Shown one piece after another: positions 48,480 to 61,170 of a stretch of 64,000 nucleotides of DNA. Each line of letters begins with the position of its first letter. Position 1 is the stretch's first letter. The DNA is from Raja brachyura (lineage: Eukaryota), in contig OY740814.1 of assembly GCA_963514005.1 (NCBI GenBank), positions 15,934,001 through 15,998,000 on the forward strand, written 5' to 3'. Position numbers and translations under genes: made by a program. The notes beneath the pieces were generated by a model. It worked only from the letters and a program-made list of their open reading frames with translations, made no database searches and had not been told where the DNA came from.

Positions 48480-50930
48480 ACTGATGGGGGGTTAAGAGTA
48501 CTAGGCAAATGCGAGATGTCGGCATTTTCTCGCAGCAGTAGAGGAATTCAATGGGGGAGGCAAGAATAGAGATTCTGTAACGGGTATTTAATTGCAAAAC
48601 AAAGACGCAACGTGCAAGAGGGTCTGGCAGCATCTCTGGAGAACATTGATAGGTGACGTTTCGGAACAGGACCCTTCTTCATTTTAAAGATAGACACAAT
48701 ACTCAACGGGTCAGGGAGCATTTCTGGAGAAAATGGATAGATGACGTTTCAGGCCAGGACCCTTCATGACACCATATGCTGCCTGACCCGGGTTACTTCG
48801 GTATAAACCAGCATCTGCAGTTCCTTTTTATTACCCTTCTTCATTTTAATTTGTAAAAGCGGAGCCTAAAGAGGAGAATTCAGTGAAACCATGGGAGCTT
48901 CACACTGAGCCAACAATTTTCCAAAAAGATTAAAATTCCACATTTGTAAATCTTGTGAGGACCTTCCAGCTCAAACGGAACACCCATCCACTGGGTCTGT
49001 GAGCCACTGACTCTAAAGCAATGGATTCAACATCAGTAACACTCATTTATGCAGTGCCATTGTGGTGGTAAAACACAGGCAAGCGTCCACTGAAGGAACC
49101 TGTCTCTGTGGAGTTTGCATGTTCTTCCTGTGATCTTGGGTGCTCCATTTTCAAAGCCATTTGATTTGGTGGGTTCATCGTCTCCAGGGTTCAATTGGGT
49201 AGTAAATTCTGGGAGGCACTGGGGGGCATGTAGGGGGAATAAAATGGGATTCACGCAGGTAGGAGCTCGATGGTTAGCTTCTTCCATTGGTGAAGGACTT
49301 GAAGACTACAGCTGACCAACAAAGGCACAAGAGCAATAAGAAATGGAAGATGGCCGGTGATAGCCACATCGAAAGAGACAATAAAAATCACTATTACTAA
49401 ATCCTGAGGCACAAAATCAATCTGCGACAATTGGGCTAAAGATTTTGATAAAACAAGTTTAATAAAAGAACCGTAAACATGTAAAAGTTGCCTGAACACT
49501 GAACCCAACAGACTGACTTAACATTCAAACTACAGGCAGGTCTCTGGACTACTCCTGGGACACAGCAAGATGGATACAAGATCTCTTGCCTGGCGAGAAC
49601 TCAAATGGAATATCAGTGAGGCACTGATGAAGTTGGAGAGGCTTCCTGCTCATCCTTGTTAAATGAGGAGAACAGAGCTGGATAATGAACTTTGTTCCAC
49701 TTTCTTTTGCATTTTAGATTTAGCATCAGGTATTTTCAGATTAGGTACAGCTGAGGTCAGAGGAAGAGTCAAATATTTTTCCCACTCTTTCTCCCTCAGG
49801 CAGTGCAGTGGCCCAGGTTCAATCTTGACCTCGGGTGCTGTCTGTTAGGAGTTTGCACGTTCTCCGTCTCACTGCACAGGGTACTCTGGTTTCCTCCAAC
49901 GTCCCAAAGATGTGCTAGTCGGTTAAGTTGGCCACTGTATATTGCACCACCTCATGCAGTTAGGTTGCAGAAGACACAAGGTGTTGGTGGGGGTGTGTGG
50001 GTGAATCCGCTGCAGAGGGACAAAGAAATAAGGACGGAAAGGAATTGAAGAGATTATTCTGCTGGCATGGATTAGACAGCCTCCATTTGTGTTGTTTGTT
50101 AAACTCAAAGCTGGAAAATTTAAGGATGTAATGCACACAAAAGATTTAATGTGTCTCAGGGAAGTATGCACTAGAGACCCAAATGCCATCAACAGCTGTT
50201 GTTCATGACCCTCGTTGCAATAAGACAGAGTATTTGCTTCTGTGGTAACATACTCACACAAATACATGACTCAGTTCAGAGATCAGCGTGGCCTGTGCCT
50301 ATAAATTGTATAACGCTTCTTAAGTACTAGCACCACAGCTCTGTTTCCAGAATAATGCATGTTATTCAGAATGATACATGCTCAACTAAAACTTCTTAAA
50401 AGTTGAAAATAAAATAGGTTTTTATAAAAAAGAAATGTTCAAGTATGAAAAGTTTCTGTGCTGTCCGGCAACACCAGGGATTGGTTACAGGACACTTGTC
50501 AGACATGGAGCCCCAGGACACTCCTTCATTAGCTCTCCGTCTCCGCGACACTTTCAGGGGACGGCTGAGGTTGTGGGATCCAATGGCGAAGGTGTCATTC
50601 TTCAAACGACAAAGCACCAATTTTACTTGAAAGGACAACGCGTAACTATAGCAACCATGGGTCTCGGGCCCAATCCTGCAACTCCAACCCCAGTAAATCA
50701 ACAGCTTGGGTTGTTGTCCTGTCAAATGGTCGCATAAACAAGAATACTGAAAGAAAGTCTCTCTCATTTATATCTATACATAAATATTTAAAAAACTTCA
50801 GATTTTCTTACATATCTTTCTTTTCTTTCTCCTGAATTGCTTCTGTGCCTTTCAGTCCCTGTAATACCTTCTCCCCATAGTTATTTTCTTAAAAAGTCTC
50901 TTGCTTTCTGCATTGCATCCCCTTGGATGC

Positions 50931-51088
50931 TCATCTCCGTGAGATGCGCTCATTGCCACGGTCTCTCGGTCCATGTTGTTGGCACGTTCGGCAACACTGT
51001 GCCCGGACGGTCTGAAGGTAGCATCGGTCCAACAGCTTCAGGGTCTGGCAGAAGGTGAAGGTCAGCCGATCTCGCTCGCAGATGTAGC
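50931..51088 (-). CDS. ADAMTS7: ADAMTS7 terminal exon (PLAC domain)
   Basis: Acceptor cttccccacccag, phase 1. YICERDRLTFTFCQTLKLLDRCYLQTVRAQCCRTCQQHGPRDRGNERISRR* resembles the human ADAMTS7 C-terminus CERDRLSFGFCETLRLLGRCQLPTIRTQCCRSC...RGHQRVARR more than ADAMTS12. Absent from the ORF track. Confidence 0.88.
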
Positions 51089-51239
51089 CTGGGTGGGGAA
51101 GAGTGCATGTAAAAGTTAGTGAAAAGCAATCAACTTTCTGTCCCTCTCCCTCTCTGAATCTCCCGCTCTGAGGTACAGTTTAATTGATAGCTCCCATGGT
51201 TACTGGCCTATCCAGTGTCGTGACACTTGGGGAACATTG

Positions 51240-52001
51240 TTCAAGGTCGGCCCCGGCGACACCAGGCCCGGGCCTGCCCGCCCCGAATCCTGCAGACCGC
51301 CCGCAGAGGGGGGTCACCGAGCCCAGCCCCTGCTCAACAGAAGCGGAGGGTGATGAATGGAATACCAGTGGGCGGGCCGGCTGTAGGAGGCAGTGCTGTA
51401 CACCTTGATGGTGGATTGGGCCACTGGAGGCCCTGCAGCAGGCTGGGGCTCGGCTGGACCGGGCGCCGCTCCAAGAGGCCTAGCACGTACACTGGACGCA
51501 GCCTGCAGCGGCTCAGAGCGGTGGAGGACACCAACGGCCATTCTTGGCCAGACTGACCCTGCAACACTGCCAGGAAAACTGGTCTTCATCATTGTCACGT
51601 TAAGAATGCTACAACTGTAACAACTGGGGCTTGAAAATGGTGCCGTATCTGGCCACTCTTTATACTGTTTCAGTGTACTATTAGTATAGATCTAAGATAG
51701 ACACAAAAAGCTGGAGTAACTCTGAAGAAGGGTCTTGACCCAAAACGTCACCCATTCCTTCTCTTCAAAGATGCTGCCTGTCCCGCTGAGTTAGTCCAGC
51801 TTTTTGAGTCTATCTTCGGTTTAAACCAGCATCTGCAGTTCTTTCTTATACATATAGGCCTACTGCATCTGAGATGCTTATCTAAGATGGATCTAAGTGC
51901 TTGTGAATAGTGATACTTTTATGGAACTTTATACAAAAATGAATCTCATTGTACCTCGCTGTGACAAATAAAGTACAATTGAGTATCAGTGAATATCATT
52001 G
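51240..52001 (+). repeat. GC-rich short interspersed element with Rex-type 3' tail, interrupted by a Penelope pLTR pair
   Basis: CpG-rich body. Its tail cattgtacctcg.tgtgacaaataaag resembles cactgtacct..gtacacgtgacaataa tails elsewhere (38800 on +; 33655 and 40260 on -). Confidence 0.5.
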
Positions 52002-52829
52002 AAGGGTTTTGACAGAGTACAGAACTGTCTCTGCTGATTAGAGGGCTGTTCATGTGCTAATAATCAGTGTATAGTCCTGTTCTGAAAACACTCCAGGCAA
52101 CATCTGTTCTCACACCTGCTCTGCACAAACCAGACAAACGTAACAACTGTATACAAATTTACAAGTGGATGGAGCGTGCCTATTATCCCTTGTGTCCAGC
52201 TGAGGCTCAGCAAGTAGCTCTCTTACTGTGTGTCATCGGCTTCATGCTTGGCACAGGGCTGCAGCAGGTAGAGTTCCTCTTCGCAGTTCTAGTGATCCAG
52301 GTTCAATCCTGACCTCCAGTGCTACCTATGTCTGTCTGCCATAGATTCGTAGAGTTACAGTCAAAGTCACAGGGCATGGAAACAGGCCCTTCTGCCCAAT
52401 GTGTCCATGCCACTCGAGATGCCCATCTAACACGCATTTGGCCCATATCCCTCTAAACCTTTCCTAACCATTGTTATTCTCCAATTATCTTTCAAATGCT
52501 GTTATACCTGCTTCAACTACCTCCACCCGCTGAATGAAAAACTTGTCACTATTAAATCATTCCCCTTTCCAACAGCCCAACACGTCCATGCTGACTAAGA
52601 TGCCAGCCTGAGCTATTACCTGCATTTGGCTTGAATCCCTCTGCACTTTTACTATTATGTTTAAAAGACATTTAGCAGGTATTGTCCGTGCCCCTTGTCT
52701 TGTCAAGTGGCTGTATAAATGGATACTGATTTTCTCCCACATCCCAAAGAGGTGCGGGTTGTTAGGGTAATCGCATGGATGAGTGCAGTTGCAACCAGAG
52801 CGTTGTGGATATTGCCCAGACCATCCCAC

Positions 52830-53200
52830 AAACCGGCCTTAGAAAGGCTGGTGCAATATTCTTTGGAGCGTAGGAGGCTGAGGGGTGACCTTGTTGAGGT
52901 GTACAAGATCATGAGGGGCATGGATAAAGTGAAGGCTTACAGTTCTTTTCCCCACGAAGAGGATTCTAAAACTAGAGGGGAATAGGCTTATTGTGAGAGG
53001 GGAGATGTTTGAGGGACCTTAGGGGCAAACTTTTCATTGAAAGGGTTGTCCATATTTGAAATAAACCAGAGGAAGTTATAGAAGCGGGTTTACACTTCCG
53101 ACTTTGAAAGACATTTGGACATATATATGGGTAGGGTAATGAGGGGTATGGGCCAAATGCAGGCGAATGGGACTAGCCAAGTTAGTCAACACGGACAAGG
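52830..53200 (+). mobile_element. CR1-type LINE 3' fragment
   Basis: LERL..YSLERRRLRGDLVEVYKIMRGMDKV...SKTRG. Confidence 0.8.
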
Positions 53201-54711
53201 TGGGATAGAACTATGGTCGAAAAGTCTCTTCACACACACTCTCCATGAGAGTGGCCTCATATTTCTCTTGAATTTCTTCCTGGCTCCTGGTTCACCCACT
53301 AGTGGAAGAACCTTCCCTCAATCCACCCTGTCCAACCTTTCATAATCTGAAATAATTCTCCCAGTTCACCCACCAGTCTTCCCTTCACCAGAGAGAAGAG
53401 CCCCGACCTGTTCAAAGTAGCACGGGAATGGGATCAAGATCAAGAGGGTATATTTGTCGTGTGACAAAGCGCTGAAAGACAGCGCTTCATGTCTTTTTTT
53501 TGTAAACCAGCATCTGCGGTTCCTTGCATCCATATTGAACAGTCAACTGGACAAAATGATGAGACCAACATGGGACTTCTCAGGGATCAATAAGGATGAC
53601 TAATGATCACCCAACAAGTACCTTATATTGGGCACCAAGTACATGGAATCGTCCAGTCAAATACTCTACACTTGCTGGATGAGAGCAGCTCCAATAACTC
53701 AAGATGCTCACAACAGGACAGGCAGCATCTCTGGTGAGAAGGAATGGGTGACATTTCGAGTCGAGACCCTTCTTCAGAGTGTCTTATTGTCAGTTTATAC
53801 CAGCATCTGCAGTTCCTTCCTACACAACTTAAGATAGTCATCATTGCCCAGGACAACACAGCCAGATATTCACACCCTGTCCACTGGTCTAAATGCTCAT
53901 TCCCTCCACCACTAGCTCAGCATTCCTTCTGTGTGAAGCAGCCATAATATATGCTGACTTTGACTCATGATCGTACATGCAGAAGGACAAACACAGCCAA
54001 GACATGAAAATGACAACCCCTAGTCACACACGAACCTGACTTGCAAATTTATTCATCCAAACCCTGCAACCCCCTGCCTAGCGAATGGTTCAAATGGCCA
54101 CGATTTTCAATTCAACAGGGAACTCCAGTGGAATAAACAAGAGCTCTAACCCAACACACCAGCAGGACATGCTGCGCACAGCAAATGGCTTGATGATAGG
54201 AGAGGGTTGAGTTCCTGTCCCAGTGTATTGCTCTTTCACACAGAGCTTCAATCCCTTGTCAACAACTCGTTTTTTTGCTCCAGTGAACAGGAATTGTTGA
54301 TTGCGCCCTGGGATCGAAGCTGCAGGAGTGCAACGTTGCTTAGTAGACGAACAGACAGTGGGTTGAGCAAATCAGGTCAAGGTTCAGCTGTTAGTAATTC
54401 CATGTGGTGCGCTCTGCTGAATTTATAGATACAACGCTGTTCCTGCTTAAGTGCAGTAATTATTCGTAGAGCTGATAATACACTAGTCAGGACACTGAAG
54501 TACAATGGAAACTGCGTTGCAGACCGATAAAGAGGCAGTGTTATTGATCTGAAATGCAGCAACTCTTTGGGTCCTTTAGTTCTTCCTCAGCAAAATGCTT
54601 TCTTGCTTCACGCTGAGCTATGCATCTTCTTCCACGTTACCCATAACTCTAGGCAGTGAATTAATCTCAACTCTGGCTCCATTGCAGCATAACAGAGAAG
54701 CAACTCACTTT

Positions 54712-55013
54712 ACGGTGGCGCAGCGGTAGAGTTGCTGCATTACAGCGCCAAAGACCTGGGTACGATCCTGACTACGGGTGCATGTCTGTACGAAGTTTGT
54801 ACTTGCTCCCCGTGACCTGCGTGGGTTTTCTCTGGGATCTCCAGTTAGCTCCCACACTCCAAAGACGTGCAGGTTACTAGGCTAATTGGCTTGGTTAAAA
54901 TGTAAATTGTCCCTACCGTGTGCAGAGTAGTGTTAATGTGCTGGTCATTGCAGACCCGATGGGCCGAAGGGCTTATTTCCGCTCTGTATCTCTAAGCCAT
55001 ACTAAACTAAACT
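54712..55013 (+). mobile_element. HE1-like V-SINE, near full length
   Basis: A-box TGGCGCAGCGG, B-box-like GGTACGATCC, V-domain and (ctaaa)n tail. Confidence 0.85.
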
Positions 55014-55442
55014 CACAGTAAATAACAATCCTGCCTTGAGAGTGGGACGTCTTGGGTCCGAGTCCCACCCAAGAGATTCCAGACTGATTCTCCAGTGCAG
55101 AGGTGGCCACCTTATAGGTGAGACGTTATTTGAAGGTGCCCTAATGTTAAAGATCTCCTGGCAATATGGAGAGTTTCACTGTCTTTTCACAGATAATCTG
55201 ACAGAAGCCATTTGGCCCATTATGACCATCCCCATTGGGATGAGACCACCCAACCACCACCCAACACTGGCGTGAGATCGCTGCAGGTCATGGCTCTCCA
55301 GGTAAATATCCAGGTTCTTTTTCAGTGTTACAATGGTTTTTGCTCACCCACCTCTACAGATAGAGATTTCGAAAGGAGACCTCTTCAGCTCCCTTCTGGT
55401 CCTTCCACCAATTCCACTAAATCTTCCCCCCTTCCCACGGAA

Positions 55443-56027
55443 CACAGAACAACGCAGCACAGGAATGGACTTTTCAGCCCATAACGTCCGCGCAAAACAT
55501 GATGCTCGGTTCAACTAAGCTCCTCTGCCTGCATGTGAACCATATCTCTCTATTTTATCACAATCACAATCACAATAATACTTTATTAGACAAGAGTGTT
55601 TTGCAAATTATGAGGAATTTAATTTGCCAAGTCAGTCATACAAATAAAATGCAAGGGAACACACAAAATACATTTTAACATAAACATCCACCACAGTGAC
55701 TCCTCCACATTCCTCACTGTGATGGAAGGCAAAATTCCCAGCATATCTATGTGTCGATCCAAAAGCCTTCTAAATGCCACTATTGTACCTGACCCCACCA
55801 CTACTACTGGCAGCAAATTCCAGACCCCCACCACTCTCTGTGTAAAAATATGTCCTGCACATCTTCTTTAAACTTTGCCAATTTCACCTTAAAGCCATGC
55901 CCTCCAGTTTTAGACATTCCCACCCGGGAAGAAGATTCTGATTGTCTACCTGTCTCTATGCCTCTCATAATTTTATAAACTTCGATCATGTCTCCCCTCA
56001 GTTTCCAACATTCCAGAGAAAACAATC
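55443..56027 (-). mobile_element. CR1-type LINE 3' fragment with a nested Rex-tailed short element (about 55560-55735)
   Basis: FSLECWKLRGDMIEVYKIMRGI...SKTGGHGFKVK. The insert shares the cactgtgatggaaggc segment with the insert at about 10485-10737. Confidence 0.72.
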
Positions 56028-56549
56028 CTCCCAGGGGTATTAAGCCACGTACTGAGAGAGTAAATAGAAAGGGCCTGTTTCCACGTGGGCCCTTGTGGTT
56101 TTACATACCTCGATTAAATCTGCCCCCAGCCTCCCCTTTTCCAAAGAAAACAACCTCAGCTAGTCCAAACTTTCCTCAGAGCTAGGCCTGTCCAGTCTGA
56201 GACACATCTCCTCTGATCCCTCTCCAGTGTGCTCATACACCTCTGCAGCGCACTGTCCCATTCCACAAACCCGCTCTCCAAAGCGGTATCAACCTTTGTA
56301 TAGGAAGGAACAGCAAATGGTGGTTTACACCGAATATGGACACAAAATGCTGGAGTAAGTCAGTGGGTCAGACAACATCTCTCCAGAAATGCTGCCGGAC
56401 CCACTGAGTGACTCCAGCATTTGGTGATCATCAACGTTTGTAAAACAGGTTATCTGATCACTGTCACGTGCTTGTACAGAGGAGCTTCCTGTTTGCAAAA
56501 TGGCTGCAATGTTTCCCTCATTTCACAGTGACCGTACTTTAAAATGTTA

Positions 56550-56829
56550 TGCCCCTGTCCCACTTAGGAAACCTGAACGGAAACCTCTGGAGACTTTGCG
56601 CCCTACCCAAGGTTTCCGTGCGGTTCCCGGAGGTTTTTGTCAGTCTCCGTAATGGTCGAAAGTGGTTTCCGCTTTAAAAATCGGTAAATTTTTTTAGTCA
56701 AAGCCGGTTGCGATGCTAGTTGAAGGTGGTTTCCGGAGGACAAAAACCTCCGGGAACCGCACAGAAACCTTGAGTGGGGCGCAAAGTCTCCAGAGGTTTC
56801 CGTTCAGGTTTCCTAAGTGGGACAGGGGC
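56550..56829. mobile_element. Harbinger-type MITE with about 90-bp TIRs
   Basis: GCCCCTGTCCCACTTAGGAAACCTGAACGGAAACCTCTGGAGACTTTGCGCCC... is mirrored at 56740-56829. The left flank is TTA; a right TSD is not evident. Confidence 0.82.
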
Positions 56830-59516
56830 GGGGAAGCAGGTGGTAGTCCTTGTTCCACAGGATCCATCACTCCAGCTGCTCAGAGGCCATGCCCAGGTAG
56901 AAGCTGCGAAGCCAGTCCCCAGATATTTCACAGCTGACTGGTTTCCCATTGACAGGCACCGACTTGGTTTCATGTGACTAACAATCCTCGCTAGCAAACA
57001 TCTATTAACCTCAGACCCATTATCATCTGAGTCAGCATCAACAGTGTTTTGTGGGCAGCAGTTCCTCTCCTTTACTCAATGTTAGTTGGTTGTTTCCTCT
57101 TCAAGAATGCTGGCATTGCCTTTCAGATTTTGCTCTCTTGTTCTTGACTCCTCTAACCTATTATTTCAATTCAGTAGCACAACTTTCTATCGACCACAGA
57201 ACACGTCTCATCTTGTCCAATCTCTCCTCATACACTAACTTTGCAAACCATGGTAACATATAAAATCCAATGACAAACTCCCTTGAAGGCCAATGCATTC
57301 TGTCTGTGACACGGGGCTCTGAACAGAACCGGTCTATTTAGCTGTGGCCTTTGTTTAGCTGTGGAAAACTTTACTTCCCTTTACATATCCCTGTAGGGAA
57401 ATCTGAAAGGGTCCGTGGTCTTGGAAGCAAATCTCTAGCTGACCAGGGCCAAAAGCTTTGAGTTCAGCACTTGAACGAGAATGATCTTTAAATGGATGCG
57501 AGAGGTCAAGAGTCGTGTATTAGTTTGTGCATCGCCAAGGGATTTCAAGGGTTCAATCGAGTCTGACTCTTGGTGATTTCTCTATGTGAATTAGTTATTA
57601 CGAAAATGACCAGAGATGGGGAGCAGATGTTTCTTTCATCAATCCAGTGGAGACTTGGGTTTAGACTACCAGATACGGTCCGATTACTCAATGGGACGCA
57701 CAGGTGTGAAAAGGAACTACAAAGTAATTGAGGCGTGTGCCTTATATATACATGACCCCTTCTCAGATCATTGCAATTATGCTAAACAACTTATTACCAT
57801 GCAAACACTGGCTGTGGGATGGGAGAAGGGATGCCCTTTGCTGCCCTCTGGTCAGTGATTTCTAAACCCTCCCCCCCCCCCCCCCCCCCCCAGAAGGGTT
57901 CCAGCACACTGCTGGCTACTGAGGAAGCACTGAGCATCCACAAGTGGAGGCCCCTGCAGCTGGATAGCTTACTGGGGTACAATTCATCTCCAGATGCAAG
58001 GATTTTTGCAGCGAAACAAAGGCCTGGTCAGAGTTGTTCTGAGCTCTGTGAGTGTGTTATGCTACTGAAGAAGGGTTTCCTGTGTGGAGGTGGGGAGTGG
58101 GGGAAGGGGGTGGTGGTGGCGCAGGGAGGTCCGTGGGATTGGTGGACAGGTTGAAGGTGGGGTTCGGGGAGCCTAGTGGTGGGTTTGTAGTGGAGTTGGG
58201 AGAGGGTAGGAAGGAGTCTGAAGAAGGGTCTCGACCTGAAACGTCACCCGTTCCTTCTCTCCACAGATGCTGCCTGTCCCGCTGAGTTATTCCAGTATTT
58301 TAGAAAATAGGTGCAGGAGTAGGCCATTCGGCCCTTTTGTGTCTATCTTCAGTACAAATTCTTTCCAACAGTTATCTTCACTCTACTCCATCAGTGTGAA
58401 GAAGGCTCCTGACCCAAAGTGTCTTCGGTCCATTTCCTTGCACAGATGCTCCCTGACCCACTCAGTTCCTTCAGCAAATTGTTTTTTTTTGCTTCAGTTT
58501 ACCAGCAATACCAGTTTACCAGAAGGAAGCCAGCTTATTTTTCCTCCTTCTCTCCTCTCAGCGTTTACCATAAATAAACCACGTCATTCTGGAGTCACAG
58601 TGGCCAAACAACAAACCCAGAAATTAAAACTAAAGTCATTCTCTAATCATTTGTGCTGGCCGTTTTCCAGCTTTCCTTCCAACGCAGCTTCCAACGAAAT
58701 TACTCAACTGTTTAATGTAATCCAAAGTCATCCCCCTCCCCCAGCTCCAATGTGACCAAGAGCTCTTGTGCAATAATCTAGTTCTCAAAGTTTTGGACAG
58801 CAGTCTGATCTCTGTGGACACAAAATGCTGGAGTAACTCAGCAGGACAGGCAGCATCTCTGGAGAGAAGGAATGGGTGATGTTTCGGGACGAGTCTCTTC
58901 TTCAGACTGATCAAGTCTCGCCCCGAAACGTCACCCAGAGATGTTGCCTGTCCTGCTGCGTTACTCCAGCATTTTGTGTCTATCTTCCTCTCTCACTACA
59001 GTCTGATCTTTGTTCTCATTGTCTCTCCAGCCAACTTCCATAGACATTCATGTCCACTCATGAAATCAACGATGGACCTAATTCTCCCTTATTCAATATG
59101 GAAATAACCCTTTCCCTCCCATTCCTAGCTGTCATTACCATTATTCGGTGTCTGTTCCTGTGGCCATTTACATCATGCACTAACTTTGTTGGAAGCTCAC
59201 TTCTTGTTTAAAGAAGGGTCTCAACCCGAAACGTCACCTATCCATGCTCTCCAGAGATGCTGCCTGACCCGCTGAGTTACTCCAGCACTTTGTGTCTTTG
59301 TTTGTAACTTCAACCTTCATTTCTCTTGTGTTTATGAACTTGATCATATATTACAAACATTTATCTGTCAATGTACACATTGAACATTACTCAGTGTAAC
59401 ATGTACTGAGATGAGGGGTGGGCGGAGAATGGGAACAGGTCCAGATGATCACTAACAGAGTGCATAGTTGGTCCTTGCAACTACATGCAATGTTGACACA
59501 GCCACATTCTTTGGAA

Positions 59517-59828
59517 ATAGGCACAAAAAGCTGGAGTAACTCAGTGGGTCAGGTAGCATCTCGGCAGAAAATGAACAGGTGATGTTTCGTGTCATCAGAC
59601 TGAGAGCCAGGGAGGAATGGGAAGGTACAGGACAAAGCAGAGCCTGCACCAATGATTTCAGGAAAGGTGGAGCCCACAATGGTCCATTGTTGGCTGGGGA
59701 AGAGGCGATGACAAAGGAATGGAAACGGTGAAATTAGCAAGAGGACTAAGGTGGTGGAGGAATGGAGAGAGAGGGAATGCAAGGATTACTTGAAGTTAGA
59801 GAAATCAATATTCATGCCGCTAGGTTGT
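59517..59828 (-). mobile_element. Penelope-like element 3' fragment
   Basis: Homologous to 20508-20908 (QPSGMNIDFSNFK* and pLTR). Confidence 0.75.
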
Positions 59829-60602
59829 GGTTCTTTGGAAACTGGGAATAATTCGTACCAACGTTTCTTTCAGATGATTAAACATCCACTGTGGACTAAG
59901 ATGGACATATAATGTGGATTATTTTAACCTATTTCATCATTGAATCAATCTGACTGCCCATTTTTGGGGGAACAGCAAGGGAGCCCCTGATTCAATCTCA
60001 TCAGTACCCATTCAGATGTCGTAGCTTAATGGGCACATTGTAATCTTTGAACAGATAAACTCACAGGATCAAACGGCAGTTCTTTGTAAGTCAACATATT
60101 TGAATTAGAAATATATATACAATTTATATATACACACACACAAATATAAAGTGTCAGAAGATAGGGTTTACACAAACAAAACCTTGATTAATGTTTAAAG
60201 AGCTACCAGGCATGCAGAAAATAGTTATGTTCTCATTGGATCCCTTGCTGTTCAATGATTAACTGAACCTCACTGGAGTCGATCAAGGTTACTGTTGTAA
60301 ATTACATGGTTGAGTCATTGAACTGAACAAATACAGCAGCCAATTACATATTTAATATTTATGTGATCATTACCAAGCCAAACTGGTGGAAGACACATGT
60401 GCTGGCAACTAAGACACAGCAATACTGTTACATGACAGATCTCAACACTTAATCTCAGCACATTTCATTATTCCACTACTGGCATCCTTCCTAAATTCTG
60501 GCGTTGATTCAAACAACAACTTTCTTTTTATATAGCACTATTAATGTAGCAAGTATCCTCATGGCCTCATGGAACTGATTATCAATCAAACATTATTAAA
60601 AA

Positions 60603-60850
60603 AGACACAGACAAGAGTAACTCAGCATCTCTGGTGAACATGGATGGGCAACTTGTCAGCCGGGTCCTTTCTTCAGACTTTTACAATGGACGTCCAGTCC
60701 CTTTATACTTCTATTGCCCACCAGGAAGGTCTCAAGCCCCTTTGGTTCCTCCTTGAACAGGGACCCAATCAATTTCCCGCTATTAACACTCGCCACCGCG
60801 TGGCGGAACTTGTCCTGACCCACAATGACTTCCCTTTTGATCTCTCTCAC
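60603..60850 (+). mobile_element. Penelope-like RT fragment preceded by an inverted pLTR piece
   Basis: FTMDVQSLYTSIAHQEGLKPLWFLLEQGPNQFPAINTRHRVAELVLTHNDFPFD carries the PLE RT motif DVxSLYTxIxH. Confidence 0.8.
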
Positions 60851-61170
60851 ACCAGCATCAGCAGTTCTATGTATCAACATCGGACAAACGTTTGCAGCAA
60901 GTACAGAGATTGATATTAGATAAGAGATATGTTTTAAAGAACATTTAACAGGAGGGGAAGAATGTGGAGGTGACAAGATATAGCAAGCGAGTTCTGTAGT
61001 TTTGAGCGTTAGGAGCTGAAGGCACAGCTACTAACAGTACATTAAATGAAGCCAATGATGGTCAAGGGGCAAAACAGGAGGAGCACTGTAGGACTGGAAG
61101 TGTTAGAATTCAGGTGATTAGGGGCAGTGGAGGGATTTGAATGAGAAATATAAACCTGAGGCGCAGGCGT

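Noticed and set aside
27000-50000. Expected neighbours such as DAPK2, TBC1D2B, PATL2, B2M or SNX1
   Set aside because: No recognisable exon of these genes was found by eye; small or diverged exons cannot be excluded.
50396-50767. 100-123 aa ORFs just downstream of the ADAMTS7 stop
   Set aside because: No recognisable homology; most likely ADAMTS7 3' UTR.
54712-54790. tRNA gene (A and B boxes)
   Set aside because: tRNA-derived SINE head continuing into a V-domain and LINE tail; no complete cloverleaf.
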